Virus record (IMG/VR): IMGVR_UViG_3300031787_008284
Origin: an uncultured virus (IMG/VR IMGVR_UViG_3300031787_008284)
Lineage: Duplodnaviria > Heunggongvirae > Uroviricota > Caudoviricetes
DNA: 64,000 nt
Direction: 5' to 3' (one strand)
Part shown: one piece after another, positions 19,204 to 27,548 of the stretch
How the letters are laid out: every line of letters begins with the position of its first letter
Position numbering within the stretch: position 1 is the stretch's first letter
Translations under genes and position numbers: made by a program
Notes under the pieces: model-generated
What the model saw: the letters and a program-made list of their open reading frames with translations, nothing else
Told to the model about the DNA's origin: nothing
The model's database searches: none

Positions 19204-19284
19204 TACCGAAGAAGGGACTCGAACCCTTAAGCCGTTAGGCACTGGTTCCTAAGACCAGCGTGTATACCATTCCACCACTTCGGC
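19204..19284 (-). tRNA. tRNA-Leu(TAG)
   Basis: CTGGT-CTTAGGA-ACCAG, long variable arm. Confidence 0.92.
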
Positions 19285-19384
19285 AAGTTGTAGGATATCG
19301 CTTAACCTACTGTGATTGCGCCTTTCACATTTACATCTTATAGCTACATCCTAAACGGGAAAACTATGATGTACGATTTTTTTG

Positions 19385-19457
19385 TGATCCCGGCGCGGCT
19401 CGAACGCGCGGCCCATACATTAAAAGTGTATTGCTCTACCAACTGAGCTACGAGATC
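19385..19457 (-). tRNA. tRNA-Lys(TTT)
   Basis: ATACA-CTTTTAA-TGTAT. Confidence 0.92.
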
Positions 19458-19461
19458 TTAG

Positions 19462-19535
19462 TGGAGGTAGAGGGATTCGAACCCACGACCCTCTGCGTGC
19501 AAGGCAGATGCTCTAGCCAACTGAGCTATACCCCC
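19462..19535 (-). tRNA. tRNA-Ala(TGC)
   Basis: GGGGGTA/TACCTCC acceptor with G3:U70; loop CT-TGC-AC. Confidence 0.93.
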
Positions 19536-19607
19536 AAAGTGTAGGTAGCCTTCCTACTGTGTAACCGTACGTGTTACTTTAGGTTATGCATTAACCTCGG
19601 CATTTTT

Positions 19608-19684
19608 TGGCGGCCCGTACGGGACTCGAACCCGTGACCTTCGCCGTGACAGGGCGACATTGTAACCATCTCTACTAACGAGCC
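19608..19684 (-). tRNA. tRNA-Asp(GTC), CCA encoded
   Basis: TCGCC-CTGTCAC-GGCGA. Confidence 0.92.
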
Positions 19685-19791
19685 AATAAGAGGGTGGCGA
19701 AAGATTTGCGATCCTTCATTTCTACTTCTGAATATGCTGATTAAGTCGACTTCACAGCAGGAATTTCATTTTCGTCTAGATACCACCTTTG

Positions 19792-19866
19792 TTGCGGGGA
19801 TGGGAATCGAACCCATGTGGTTCGGCTTATGAGACCGAGCTGGAACCATCTCCAGTCCACCCCGCA
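19792..19866 (-). tRNA. tRNA-Met(CAT)
   Basis: TGCGGGG/CCCCGCA acceptor, loop CT-CAT-AA, atypical D arm. Confidence 0.82.
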
Positions 19867-19872
19867 ATGTTG

Positions 19873-19946
19873 TAGTCCGTACGGGGATCGAACCCGTAAG
19901 CTTCTCCGTGAAAGGGAGATGTCCTAACCAATTAGACGAACGGACC
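19873..19946 (-). tRNA. tRNA-Glu(TTC)
   Basis: TCTCC-CTTTCAC-GGAGA. Confidence 0.92.
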
Positions 19947-19958
19947 AAATAATGTTTG

Positions 19959-20031
19959 AGCCTCCGATAGGATTCGAACCTACGACCCACTGATTACAAA
20001 TCAGTAGCTCTACCAACTGAGCTACAGAGGC
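19959..20031 (-). tRNA. tRNA-Thr(TGT)
   Basis: ACTGA-TTTGTAA-TCAGT. Confidence 0.93.
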
Positions 20032-20037
20032 AAAATA

Positions 20038-20093
20038 CAGGATACGTTTTGGCTTCAAAGTTGCAGTTTGATAAAATTTGCTGTATGTATCCT
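20038..20093 (-). ncRNA. Armless tRNA-like small RNA, copy A
   Basis: AGGATAC/GTATCCT-G terminal stem, ATACAGCAA bulge, TCAAA-CTGCAAC-TTTGA hairpin. Confidence 0.6.
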
Positions 20094-20095
20094 TG

Positions 20096-20168
20096 TAGGG
20101 AAGACAGGGCTCGAACCTGCGACCCCCTGGTCCCAAACCAGGTGCGCTACCAACTGCGCTACTTCCCT
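20096..20168 (-). tRNA. tRNA-Pro(TGG)
   Basis: CCTGG-TTTGGGA-CCAGG. Confidence 0.92.
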
Positions 20169-20173
20169 ATATG

Positions 20174-20244
20174 TTGCCCCCAAAGGATTCGAACCTCTAC
20201 ACTGTGGACCAAAACCACATGTCCTGCCATTAGACGAGAGGGCA
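20174..20244 (-). tRNA. tRNA-Gln(TTG)
   Basis: TGTGG-TTTTGGT-CCACA. Confidence 0.9.
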
Positions 20245-20252
20245 ATTTAAAG

Positions 20253-20338
20253 CGGAAAGAGAGGGATTCGAACCCCCGATACCTCGCGGTATGCCGGTTT
20301 TCAAGACCGGTGTAATCAACCAACTCTACCATCTTTCC
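20253..20338 (-). tRNA. tRNA-Ser(TGA)
   Basis: CCGGT-CTTGAAA-ACCGG, long variable arm. Confidence 0.92.
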
Positions 20339-20348
20339 GTTGGTACCT

Positions 20349-20365
20349 CAATATGTCAAAGAACG
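20349..20365 (-). promoter_or_regulatory. boxA-like antitermination site at the head of the tRNA array
   Basis: CGTTCTTTGACATATTG; near-identical copy upstream of tmRNA. Confidence 0.7.
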
Positions 20366-20426
20366 AATTTGAAATTCTATTCTAAACAAATATAACTCAT
20401 TCAATCTTTTTCTGAAAGAGACCCAT

Positions 20427-20463
20427 AAAAAAAGCCTCCCGGAATTTTTTATCCAGGAGGCTT
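20427..20463 (-). terminator. Intrinsic terminator (putative attenuator) upstream of the tRNA array
   Basis: AAGCCTCCTGGA/TCCGGGAGGCTT stem with T-run. Confidence 0.85.
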
Positions 20464-20486
20464 AGTATTATAAGTGTTTTATCTTA

Positions 20487-20582
20487 TCAGCTCCTGCCTG
20501 GACTTGGTGTAATTGAATCCGCCTGCGGAAAATTCTTTTCCACATTACTAAGAATCCAATATGTACATCCGTGCAGTTGCAT
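20487..20582 (-). CDS. Putative attenuator leader peptide, 31 aa, containing all 20 amino acids (not in ORF track)
   Basis: MQLHGCTYWILSNVEKNFPQADSITPSPGRS, then TGA TAA; 3' end TCCAGGCAGG is complementary to the terminator 5' arm. Confidence 0.75.
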   Translation of the reverse strand: MQLHGCTYWILSNVEKNFPQADSITPSPGRS

Positions 20583-20600
20583 TGAAATTGTTTTATTTGT

Positions 20601-20612
20601 TATTTATATATA
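20601..20612 (-). promoter_or_regulatory. Late-type promoter upstream of the leader ORF
   Basis: TATATATAAATA contains the T4 late consensus TATAAATA, 18 nt before the ATG. Confidence 0.65.
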
Positions 20613-20648
20613 CTCACATTGTGTTTGTTTCACATGTGTGAGAATTTG

Positions 20649-20721
<73 letters not shown>

Positions 20722-20726
20722 AGAAA

Positions 20727-20782
20727 CAGGATGCATTGGGTTGTAGTTTACAAGTCTAGTCCAAAGTTGCTGTATGCATCCT
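20727..20782 (-). ncRNA. Armless tRNA-like small RNA, copy B
   Basis: AGGATGC/GCATCCT-G terminal stem, ATACAGCAA bulge, loop CTTGTAA; 56 nt like copy A. Confidence 0.6.
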
Positions 20783-20785
20783 TTT

Positions 20786-21167
20786 TGGTGGAGGTGATGG
20801 GATTCGAACCCATGTCCGACTAAGGAACCTAAATCCCTCATTCACAAGCTTAGGCCATTTTTCTTAATGGCCAAAATAAATGGTTCCTATTTTGACATCG
20901 TTACCAATAACTATGTCGAGTTCACTTATAAGGTAGTACTCTGAACGAGACCTTGAATTCTCATTCTTTTTAATATCTCACGATGAGTGCGAGACTGATT
21001 AGGCTGCTACAGCGTAATCAGCACCAATGAAAGCCATTGCGTCTTCCCAGGTGAATGAAGATTTCTCTTCGCCTTTTATTGTGCGATAGGTGTTTAAGGG
21101 TTTCCATCTAACCCTGCTTGCATCAGTAACCTAATTTCAGCTTAATCGTCAAAACCTGGTCACCCCC
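20786..21167 (-). ncRNA. ssrA: tmRNA
   Basis: 5' GGGGGTGACCAGGTTTTGAC, 3' GGTTCGAATCCCATCACCTCCACCA; tag ORF 21073..20999 GEEKSSFTWEDAMAFIGADYAVAA-stop. Confidence 0.93.
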
Positions 21168-21183
21168 AATATGTTAAAGAACG
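21168..21183 (-). promoter_or_regulatory. boxA-like site directly upstream of tmRNA
   Basis: CGTTCTTTAACATATT, preceded by TATAAATA at 21190..21197. Confidence 0.7.
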
Positions 21184-21206
21184 TACCTTTATTTATATAA
21201 TCGCGG

Positions 21207-21509
21207 TTAACGATTGTTTACTGGAGCTCTCCAAGATTCCATTTGTTCGCGGCGATTCTTTTGAATCATATCCCATTCCATACGATCATATAGAACATAG
21301 GAATACTTCCACCCACAGTCATCATCATAGTCAGAATCTTCTTCTACCACAATAGAATGACCAAGGATTTCTTGAAGAGTTTTCCAATCTGTTGGTCTCC
21401 AATACCCAAAGCGAAGGTAATTATGATTACCGCCACCAAAGATACGGCATACCTCGAATTGCCCTAAGGCATTTTCAATCTGTTTGAGTTTTTCAATTTC
21501 TATTTTCAT
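21207..21509 (-). CDS. Hypothetical protein
   Basis: 100-aa ORF in operon context. Confidence 0.65.
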   Translation of the reverse strand: MKIEIEKLKQIENALGQFEVCRIFGGGNHNYLRFGYWRPTDWKTLQEILGHSIVVEEDSDYDDDCGWKYSYVLYDRMEWDMIQKNRREQMESWRAPVNNR

Positions 21510-21733
21510 CTTTCTAAAATTACAAAGTTACCAAATTCGCGATCAAATACTTGAAGGAGATGTTCATAATCACCACTCATCATTTCAGTGGTAAGTTCTC
21601 CGCGCCTATTCGGTTGATACCCTAATTGCTTTGCTAAGTTTTGTGCAAGACCAATTAGTGCGAATGCATTTCCATCAGGGCCTGTAAGATCAATTACTAT
21701 AGGGCCAGTTCTTTCGTGTTTTTCTCGTATCAT
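21506..21733 (-). CDS. Conserved phage hypothetical protein
   Basis: Probable start MIREK; IDLTGPDGNAFALIG...MMSGDYEHLLQVFDREFG. Confidence 0.75.
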   Translation of the reverse strand: MIREKHERTGPIVIDLTGPDGNAFALIGLAQNLAKQLGYQPNRRGELTTEMMSGDYEHLLQVFDREFGNFVILER

Positions 21734-21734
21734 A

Positions 21735-21941
21735 TTACATGCATTGATAAGTTTCAGACTTAGACCAGTATTCATAGAATGCGGCAGCAGATTCTGTAAC
21801 TTCAGTAAGCTTAATACTTTTGAAGTAGACTCGGTTTCCAAAGACAGACTTTAGATTGACCGTATTCTTTGTGCAGTTTGATACCCGGTAGAATCCACCT
21901 TGGTATGTTACGATTGATCCTTTGTTAATTTGATTTTCCAT
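21735..21941 (-). CDS. Hypothetical protein
   Basis: 68-aa ORF behind a TTTCA-N17-TTATATTT motif. Confidence 0.65.
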   Translation of the reverse strand: MENQINKGSIVTYQGGFYRVSNCTKNTVNLKSVFGNRVYFKSIKLTEVTESAAAFYEYWSKSETYQCM

Positions 21942-22037
21942 ATCCGTTTAATTTTATATAAATATAAAACAAATTTTTGGGATTTGAAAATATTTGGGAG
22001 ACTTTTTTCTCTCCAGATGAAAAAAGTTATTAACAAT

Positions 22038-22832
22038 TTAGAATGGCATTGGAGACTCTGCCTTTAACTTTTCTATAAGCTTTCTTGCAATGATTTTGGT
22101 TTCTTTTGCAAATTCACCTTTATCAATCATCCATTCAATATATCTGGAATCTGCTTCATAAACTTCTTTAAAAGGTTTACCTGCCCATTTTCCAAAATTA
22201 AAGATGATTTCTTTTTTCCCGTTAATTTCGGCAAACTTAAACTTACCGCTTAGGTCAACTTGCGTTTGACGAGACTCATTAACCGCTTGGTCAATTTCGG
22301 CAGCAGATCCTGGCATATCATATAGTTTACGTTGTGCCTGGAAGATTTCCATTGTTGCACGAATATCTGCTTCTGCACGGTGTGCACCATCTAAAGTTTT
22401 ACCTGTGTACTTGGTATATGCAGTACTAAGATCTCGTCTTTCGTATTTAGAATAGATTAGGAACGGATCAATAACGGCCTTACCGCGAGGATTAAATACA
22501 AGACCAGCTCGCATAAATTCTTCAGTAAGCATTGGGATATCAAAGTAAAGTGCATTATAACCACCGAGGTCGCTATCACCTATAAAGTCCATAACTTCTT
22601 TGGCAATATATTCAAACCTATCCTGGTCTTCGAGCATATCTGGTGTGATTCCATGTTTATCAATCGCTTCTTGGCGCCATTCAATACCAGGCCCAGGATT
22701 TACGAGTGTATAAAAAGATGAGATCTCATTACCTTCAAAATCAGTTTTGATCATACAGATCTCAATAATCCTATCTGTTGCTGTGTTAACACCAGTAGTT
22801 TCTAAATCAAACCAAACAATACTCTTATCCAT
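22038..22832 (-). CDS. DEDDh 3'-5' exonuclease (Pol III epsilon-like)
   Basis: FDLETTG, GYNALYFD, AHRAEAD; C-terminal FNFGKW. Confidence 0.92.
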   Translation of the reverse strand: MDKSIVWFDLETTGVNTATDRIIEICMIKTDFEGNEISSFYTLVNPGPGIEWRQEAIDKHGITPDMLEDQDRFEYIAKEVMDFIGDSDLGGYNALYFDIPMLTEEFMRAGLVFNPRGKAVIDPFLIYSKYERRDLSTAYTKYTGKTLDGAHRAEADIRATMEIFQAQRKLYDMPGSAAEIDQAVNESRQTQVDLSGKFKFAEINGKKEIIFNFGKWAGKPFKEVYEADSRYIEWMIDKGEFAKETKIIARKLIEKLKAESPMPF

Positions 22833-22917
22833 AATTACTATACTTTTAGTGGAACAATCCGTTAATTTTATATAGTAACCAGATAACTTAGTTTTAGGTT
22901 TCTAAGAAAAAGATTTA

Positions 22918-25900
22918 TTAATTACCTTCGGTAGGAATGAGTACGGCAATTTTTCCAGGTAAACCACTCATTGTAGAATTTAGGTTACCTAAAGTAGTAT
23001 TAATACTTCTAAGAGTTACTGAAAGACCTTTATCTCCGCCTCCACCGCCAGCATTACCATCAGATGTTGTTGTGGTGGTAGCAGTAGAAGTATTACTTTG
23101 ATTTAACGCATCTCTAATGTCTTCGACGGCACTAAGTAATTGAGCATATGCAGCTGCATTGTTACTTAATTCACCTGCGCCCTTAAATAGATTTGCAAAT
23201 GATTCTGCTTTATCTGCATCTATCTTATTAATAGCGGCAGCCATTTTATCCATACCTTCAGCAGCTTTATGAATAAGTCCTTTTCCAGCATTCTTAGATA
23301 TTTCAGAAATAAATCCTTGCATATGATCGACCTGGGACTTAAATTTAGGTTTCTCATAGTAATATGTAAATGTATCACCTATTGATGTAAAGATCTCTTT
23401 AATGCTTTTTGCAATTGCTTGTGGATTCTTAAGATCCGTAAATGCCTGTAAACCTTTTGCAATATTTTCTAATTCTTTACCTGCACCCTTTACATTCTCA
23501 ATACCTTTTTGAACAAGGTTTTCATCCCAGCTTATACCAAACAGAGAACTTAATCCAGTTGAATCTTCCTGTTCTTTTCCACCTATTGCCATAAATGCAT
23601 CACCTACAAACATAAGGGTATTTTTAATCGTATATCCTAACTTTTCAAAATCAACATTATTAGAAATCATATCTTGAAAAGACTTAAGACCATTTGCAAT
23701 TAAATTAAGTTGCTCACCAGCACCCTTTACACTCTCGACACCCTTTTGGACAAGGTTTTCATCCCAGCTAAAAATAAACCACCCATCCTCTTGTTCCATT
23801 CCACCTATTGAAGCAAAGGCTTCTCCTACAAAGGTAATTGATTTTTTAACAGCACCTGCTAATGTATCCCAGTTAATATTTTGATCAACCATGTCTTGGA
23901 ATGTTTTAAGACCTGTTGCAATATTAGTAAGTTCTTGACCTGCACCCTTTACAGAATCAATACCTTCAGCAACTTTATTCTTTTCAATTCCAAAAAGAGA
24001 TCCCATAATTCCACCTGCCTGTACATTACCTTGACTTGCAACCGCAGCAAAAGCTTCGCTAACAAAACCTACGGTATTTGTAACAGCATAACCTAATGTA
24101 CCAGGAGCATATCTTCCGTTTGCATCAGGTTGTCCAAATTGAACACCACCATCAATTAATGCCTGGAATGATTTAAGACCCTCTGCGATGTCTTTAAGCG
24201 CTTTACCGGTTCCCATAACTGATTGGATACCTTCCTGTACCTTATTCTGTTTAACATTAAATAAAGTATCAAAGAAACCACCACCTTGGACATTTCCTTC
24301 ATTGGCTACGGCGGCAAAAGCAGTTCTAATAAATCCTACTGTGTTTGTAACAGCATAACCTAATGTACCTTCTTCATAATTACCATTACCATCAGGTTGG
24401 CCAAAACTAACTCCGCTATCAATAAGAGATTGGAATTCTTTTAGGCCTTTGGCAATATCTTTTAATGCTCTACCGGCGCCTAGCACTGAATTAATACCTT
24501 CTTCAACCGCAGTTCTCTTAAATCCAAACATTTGACCAAAGAAAGATGAACTAGGTACCTGTTCGCTTGATCCTGCTAATGCAAATGCAGTAGTAACACC
24601 ATTTAACATTGTTACCAATTCTTTAGATAACTCATCATTCCATCCAACTTCTTTAAACTTATTAAGACCAAATGATAATGTTGTTAATGCAATACCAGCA
24701 GCAGTAAAACCAGCAGCGGCTTCAACCATCCTAACAGCATCGACTGCGCCAGTAATAGCTCCGCCTAATTTAGCAAAAAATCCTTCATCTGCATCGGCAT
24801 TACCTAAGAATGCTGATTTAATACCAACTAAAGTAGTTGTCATAGCAGAAGCATCATCCTCAGTAAAACCTACTGCTTTAAATAAAGCCAAACCACCAGA
24901 TAATACAGCTAAAGATATTCCAACTGCAGCAAATGCTGCAGACCCAGCTAATATAAATAATGCCCCAGCACCAGCCGCAGCAAATTCTAAACCTAATGCT
25001 AATAGGATACCTGATTGTACACCTACATCTTTCAGAGTCATATCCTCTGTTACCTTGGCAAACGGTAAATATCCAAGACTAAATACAAGTAATCCAAGTC
25101 CCATAGCAGCAACCCCTATAGCCCCTTTAATTAATTGACTAGCAAGTAATCCAGCCGCAGCAACAGCAGCTCCGACACCAATTAAAATTGCTGATTGTAT
25201 ACCTAATCTTTCAAGAGTTATATCTTTTGTTACCATTGCAAACACTAGGTACCCAACAGAAAATACTATTAAGCTCAATCCCATAATTAATAAACCAACC
25301 GCACCCTTTCTGATTTGCTTATCAAATAATCCTATAAGAGCAAATGCTCCACTTATAAGAACAAGAGTTCCTACCATTGCTAGCAGAATGATTGGGTTTA
25401 ATAAGATAAATAGAGAAGCTAAAGCAAATAGAACTAATCCGGCACTAAAGAAAACTAATGATCTTCCCATTAATAAAAGAGCTCGGGCACCCTGTCTGAT
25501 TGGTCTATCAAATTTACCTAATAGTGCAAATGCTCCTGCAAATAATACTACGGTCAGTAATATAACAGGAGCCATAACAATACCTATAATAGAAGCAATT
25601 GCAACTACTACAAGCCCTTTTGCAAATTTAATTAATGAGTCACCCATTAGGCCTAATGCATCGGCGCCTTTACTTATCACTTTACTTTTCTTTCCTATCA
25701 TTTCAAATGTAGGAAGTAATATCTTTAATGTAGCTTTAAGTAAAAGAGCACCTACATATCCTGGTATAAGTAAGAATGCAGCCGCAGCCAGCCCTCTTGC
25801 AAATTTACCTATGTTTGCTGCTATTTTTTCAAATGCTTCTGACCCTTCTTTAATCTTTTTTGTATCTAAATCATCAAAGACAGCCATTATTTCCTTAATG

Positions 25901-26256
25901 GTTGATGAAAATTTTCTAATAGCACCTTTAGGTACTAGCATAAAAGTTAATAGACCGAACGCTAAAGAAGAAGCACCACCACCTAACATTTTGATGGCTT
26001 CTGCTCCTTCTTTAAGTTTATCTTTATCCATAGGTTTACCTCCTACGGATATTGCACCATTTTTCGTATTTGTAGCAATCTGTTTTAATAAATCTGTCTG
26101 TACTTGTAATTCGGCTACAATTGCTTGACTTAACTGCCCACTACTTCCACCGGCAACAGCAGCAACCACAGCATCTAATTTTGATGCAGTTTCTTCAGTC
26201 GACTTTGCTATCTTGGTTAGAGGATCCATAAGATCCTTTAAGGTTACTACTGCCAT
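22918..26256 (-). CDS. Probable tape measure protein
   Basis: 1112 aa, Ala/Gly-rich helical and hydrophobic repeats; recurring V.EGI.SV.GAG..L..IA.GLK.F; downstream of the tail genes. Confidence 0.75.
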   Translation of the reverse strand: MAVVTLKDLMDPLTKIAKSTEETASKLDAVVAAVAGGSSGQLSQAIVAELQVQTDLLKQIATNTKNGAISVGGKPMDKDKLKEGAEAIKMLGGGASSLAFGLLTFMLVPKGAIRKFSSTIKEIMAVFDDLDTKKIKEGSEAFEKIAANIGKFARGLAAAAFLLIPGYVGALLLKATLKILLPTFEMIGKKSKVISKGADALGLMGDSLIKFAKGLVVVAIASIIGIVMAPVILLTVVLFAGAFALLGKFDRPIRQGARALLLMGRSLVFFSAGLVLFALASLFILLNPIILLAMVGTLVLISGAFALIGLFDKQIRKGAVGLLIMGLSLIVFSVGYLVFAMVTKDITLERLGIQSAILIGVGAAVAAAGLLASQLIKGAIGVAAMGLGLLVFSLGYLPFAKVTEDMTLKDVGVQSGILLALGLEFAAAGAGALFILAGSAAFAAVGISLAVLSGGLALFKAVGFTEDDASAMTTTLVGIKSAFLGNADADEGFFAKLGGAITGAVDAVRMVEAAAGFTAAGIALTTLSFGLNKFKEVGWNDELSKELVTMLNGVTTAFALAGSSEQVPSSSFFGQMFGFKRTAVEEGINSVLGAGRALKDIAKGLKEFQSLIDSGVSFGQPDGNGNYEEGTLGYAVTNTVGFIRTAFAAVANEGNVQGGGFFDTLFNVKQNKVQEGIQSVMGTGKALKDIAEGLKSFQALIDGGVQFGQPDANGRYAPGTLGYAVTNTVGFVSEAFAAVASQGNVQAGGIMGSLFGIEKNKVAEGIDSVKGAGQELTNIATGLKTFQDMVDQNINWDTLAGAVKKSITFVGEAFASIGGMEQEDGWFIFSWDENLVQKGVESVKGAGEQLNLIANGLKSFQDMISNNVDFEKLGYTIKNTLMFVGDAFMAIGGKEQEDSTGLSSLFGISWDENLVQKGIENVKGAGKELENIAKGLQAFTDLKNPQAIAKSIKEIFTSIGDTFTYYYEKPKFKSQVDHMQGFISEISKNAGKGLIHKAAEGMDKMAAAINKIDADKAESFANLFKGAGELSNNAAAYAQLLSAVEDIRDALNQSNTSTATTTTTSDGNAGGGGGDKGLSVTLRSINTTLGNLNSTMSGLPGKIAVLIPTEGN

Positions 26257-26272
26257 TCATGGAGTTATTTTA

Positions 26273-27265
26273 TTAGTTAACGTCAACCGTCCAGCCGTTA
26301 CCTTCTAGGACCGCTTTAGCAGCAAGACCAGTTGCGCTAGGAGTAGCATTAGTTCCTCCGTTTAACTCAACATATCCACCTGATACACCGTTTGTAGAAA
26401 GAGCAACTAAGATGTTATCTACCGCTTCTTCCGTTAGGTCACAGTTATATGCATTTACATCATAGCCGCCATTACCTAGAGGTTGACTGCTATCAATAAT
26501 TATCTCGGTTAAATCTGTATTTCCATTAAGATCAAATCCAGTTAATGAAGGTAACATTGATATGTCAAGACTACCTGCAATAAGAGATTGGTCAGCATCA
26601 AAAAATTCAAGATTAACTAATCCTACAAGATCTGGGAATCCACCTGAAAAATCACTATCGTCTACACGAAGCTCAATTAAATTATAGCAACCTGATAAAT
26701 TAACAGAAGTTAATGATGGTGTGTTTGTATCAACAAGATCACAGTCACTTATATCAATATATGTAAGGTTTGTTAAACCAGAAAAATCTACACTTTCTAA
26801 CGCATTATAGTCTGCCCTAAATTCTTGTAAATTAGCAAGGGTTTGTAAACGTGATATTGACTTAATAGGTGCATCACCATCACCAGGAAAATTTAATTGT
26901 AAGATTTTTAGAGGATCATCAAAGTATACTTTAACTGTGTAATCGCCAATCTCATCATATGTATGGTTTTCGCTGTAATAGCCACCACCACCTGAATCCA
27001 CATGTACATTACCATCACCCCATTCAATTGTAAATTCAATAGGTTCACCAGTAGAAGTAAAATCAAATTCAAAGTAAGTACTGTCAAAGGTATTTACTAC
27101 AAATTCCAATGAAGGTGTTCTACCACCCCCACCGCTACTTGAGTCTCCGGTTGCAGCAACAGCTGACATATTTCTAACCGCTTCTTGTAATGCCTGTGTT
27201 CTAATTTCAGAAAAAGCAGCCTGGCTCTTTGCCTGAATATCTTTAAGAATTTGTTGTCTATCCAT
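26273..27265 (-). CDS. PKD-like plus leucine-rich-repeat protein
   Basis: TIEWGDG...HTY (PKD-like); LxxLxxLxxxxN repeats. Confidence 0.75.
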   Translation of the reverse strand: MDRQQILKDIQAKSQAAFSEIRTQALQEAVRNMSAVAATGDSSSGGGGRTPSLEFVVNTFDSTYFEFDFTSTGEPIEFTIEWGDGNVHVDSGGGGYYSENHTYDEIGDYTVKVYFDDPLKILQLNFPGDGDAPIKSISRLQTLANLQEFRADYNALESVDFSGLTNLTYIDISDCDLVDTNTPSLTSVNLSGCYNLIELRVDDSDFSGGFPDLVGLVNLEFFDADQSLIAGSLDISMLPSLTGFDLNGNTDLTEIIIDSSQPLGNGGYDVNAYNCDLTEEAVDNILVALSTNGVSGGYVELNGGTNATPSATGLAAKAVLEGNGWTVDVN

Positions 27266-27289
27266 TATCTTTTGTCTTTATTTATATAT

Positions 27290-27532
27290 TTAGAATCTTG
27301 GCATACTTATCTTAGGCATAGAAGGTTGCTTATAACTAGACATATTTTTATTCATATTGGTAGCATTTTTCTGCATTCCAGCTATGTTATACTTATCTTC
27401 AGCATCTTGATTTTGTTTCTTTTCTTCATCATTACGTTCTTTAATGATGTCATTATAGATTTCAAGAGTATACTCAAATTCATAATATGGAAGCATGTCC
27501 AGCTCGGTAGGCTGAACATGCAATTTTTCCAT
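27290..27532 (-). CDS. Small baseplate/tail assembly protein, possibly a frameshift extension of the upstream ORF
   Basis: (ISLLNFYKIRVLL)MEKLHVQPTELDMLPYYEFEYTLEIYN. Confidence 0.6.
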   Translation of the reverse strand: MEKLHVQPTELDMLPYYEFEYTLEIYNDIIKERNDEEKKQNQDAEDKYNIAGMQKNATNMNKNMSSYKQPSMPKISMPRF

Positions 27533-27548
27533 AAGTAATACCCTGATC

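Noticed and set aside
18471..19790. Inter-tRNA spacers as theta/HDV-like, hammerhead or pistol ribozymes
   Set aside because: I could not find the required nested pseudoknot or core motifs (e.g. CTGANGA...GAAA) by eye. A covariance search is needed to exclude this fully.
18159..20338. Regularly spaced GCTCTACCAACTGAGCTA and TTCGAACC repeats suggesting a CRISPR array
   Set aside because: These are conserved tRNA D- and T-arm sequences; there is no repeat-spacer structure and no cas operon.
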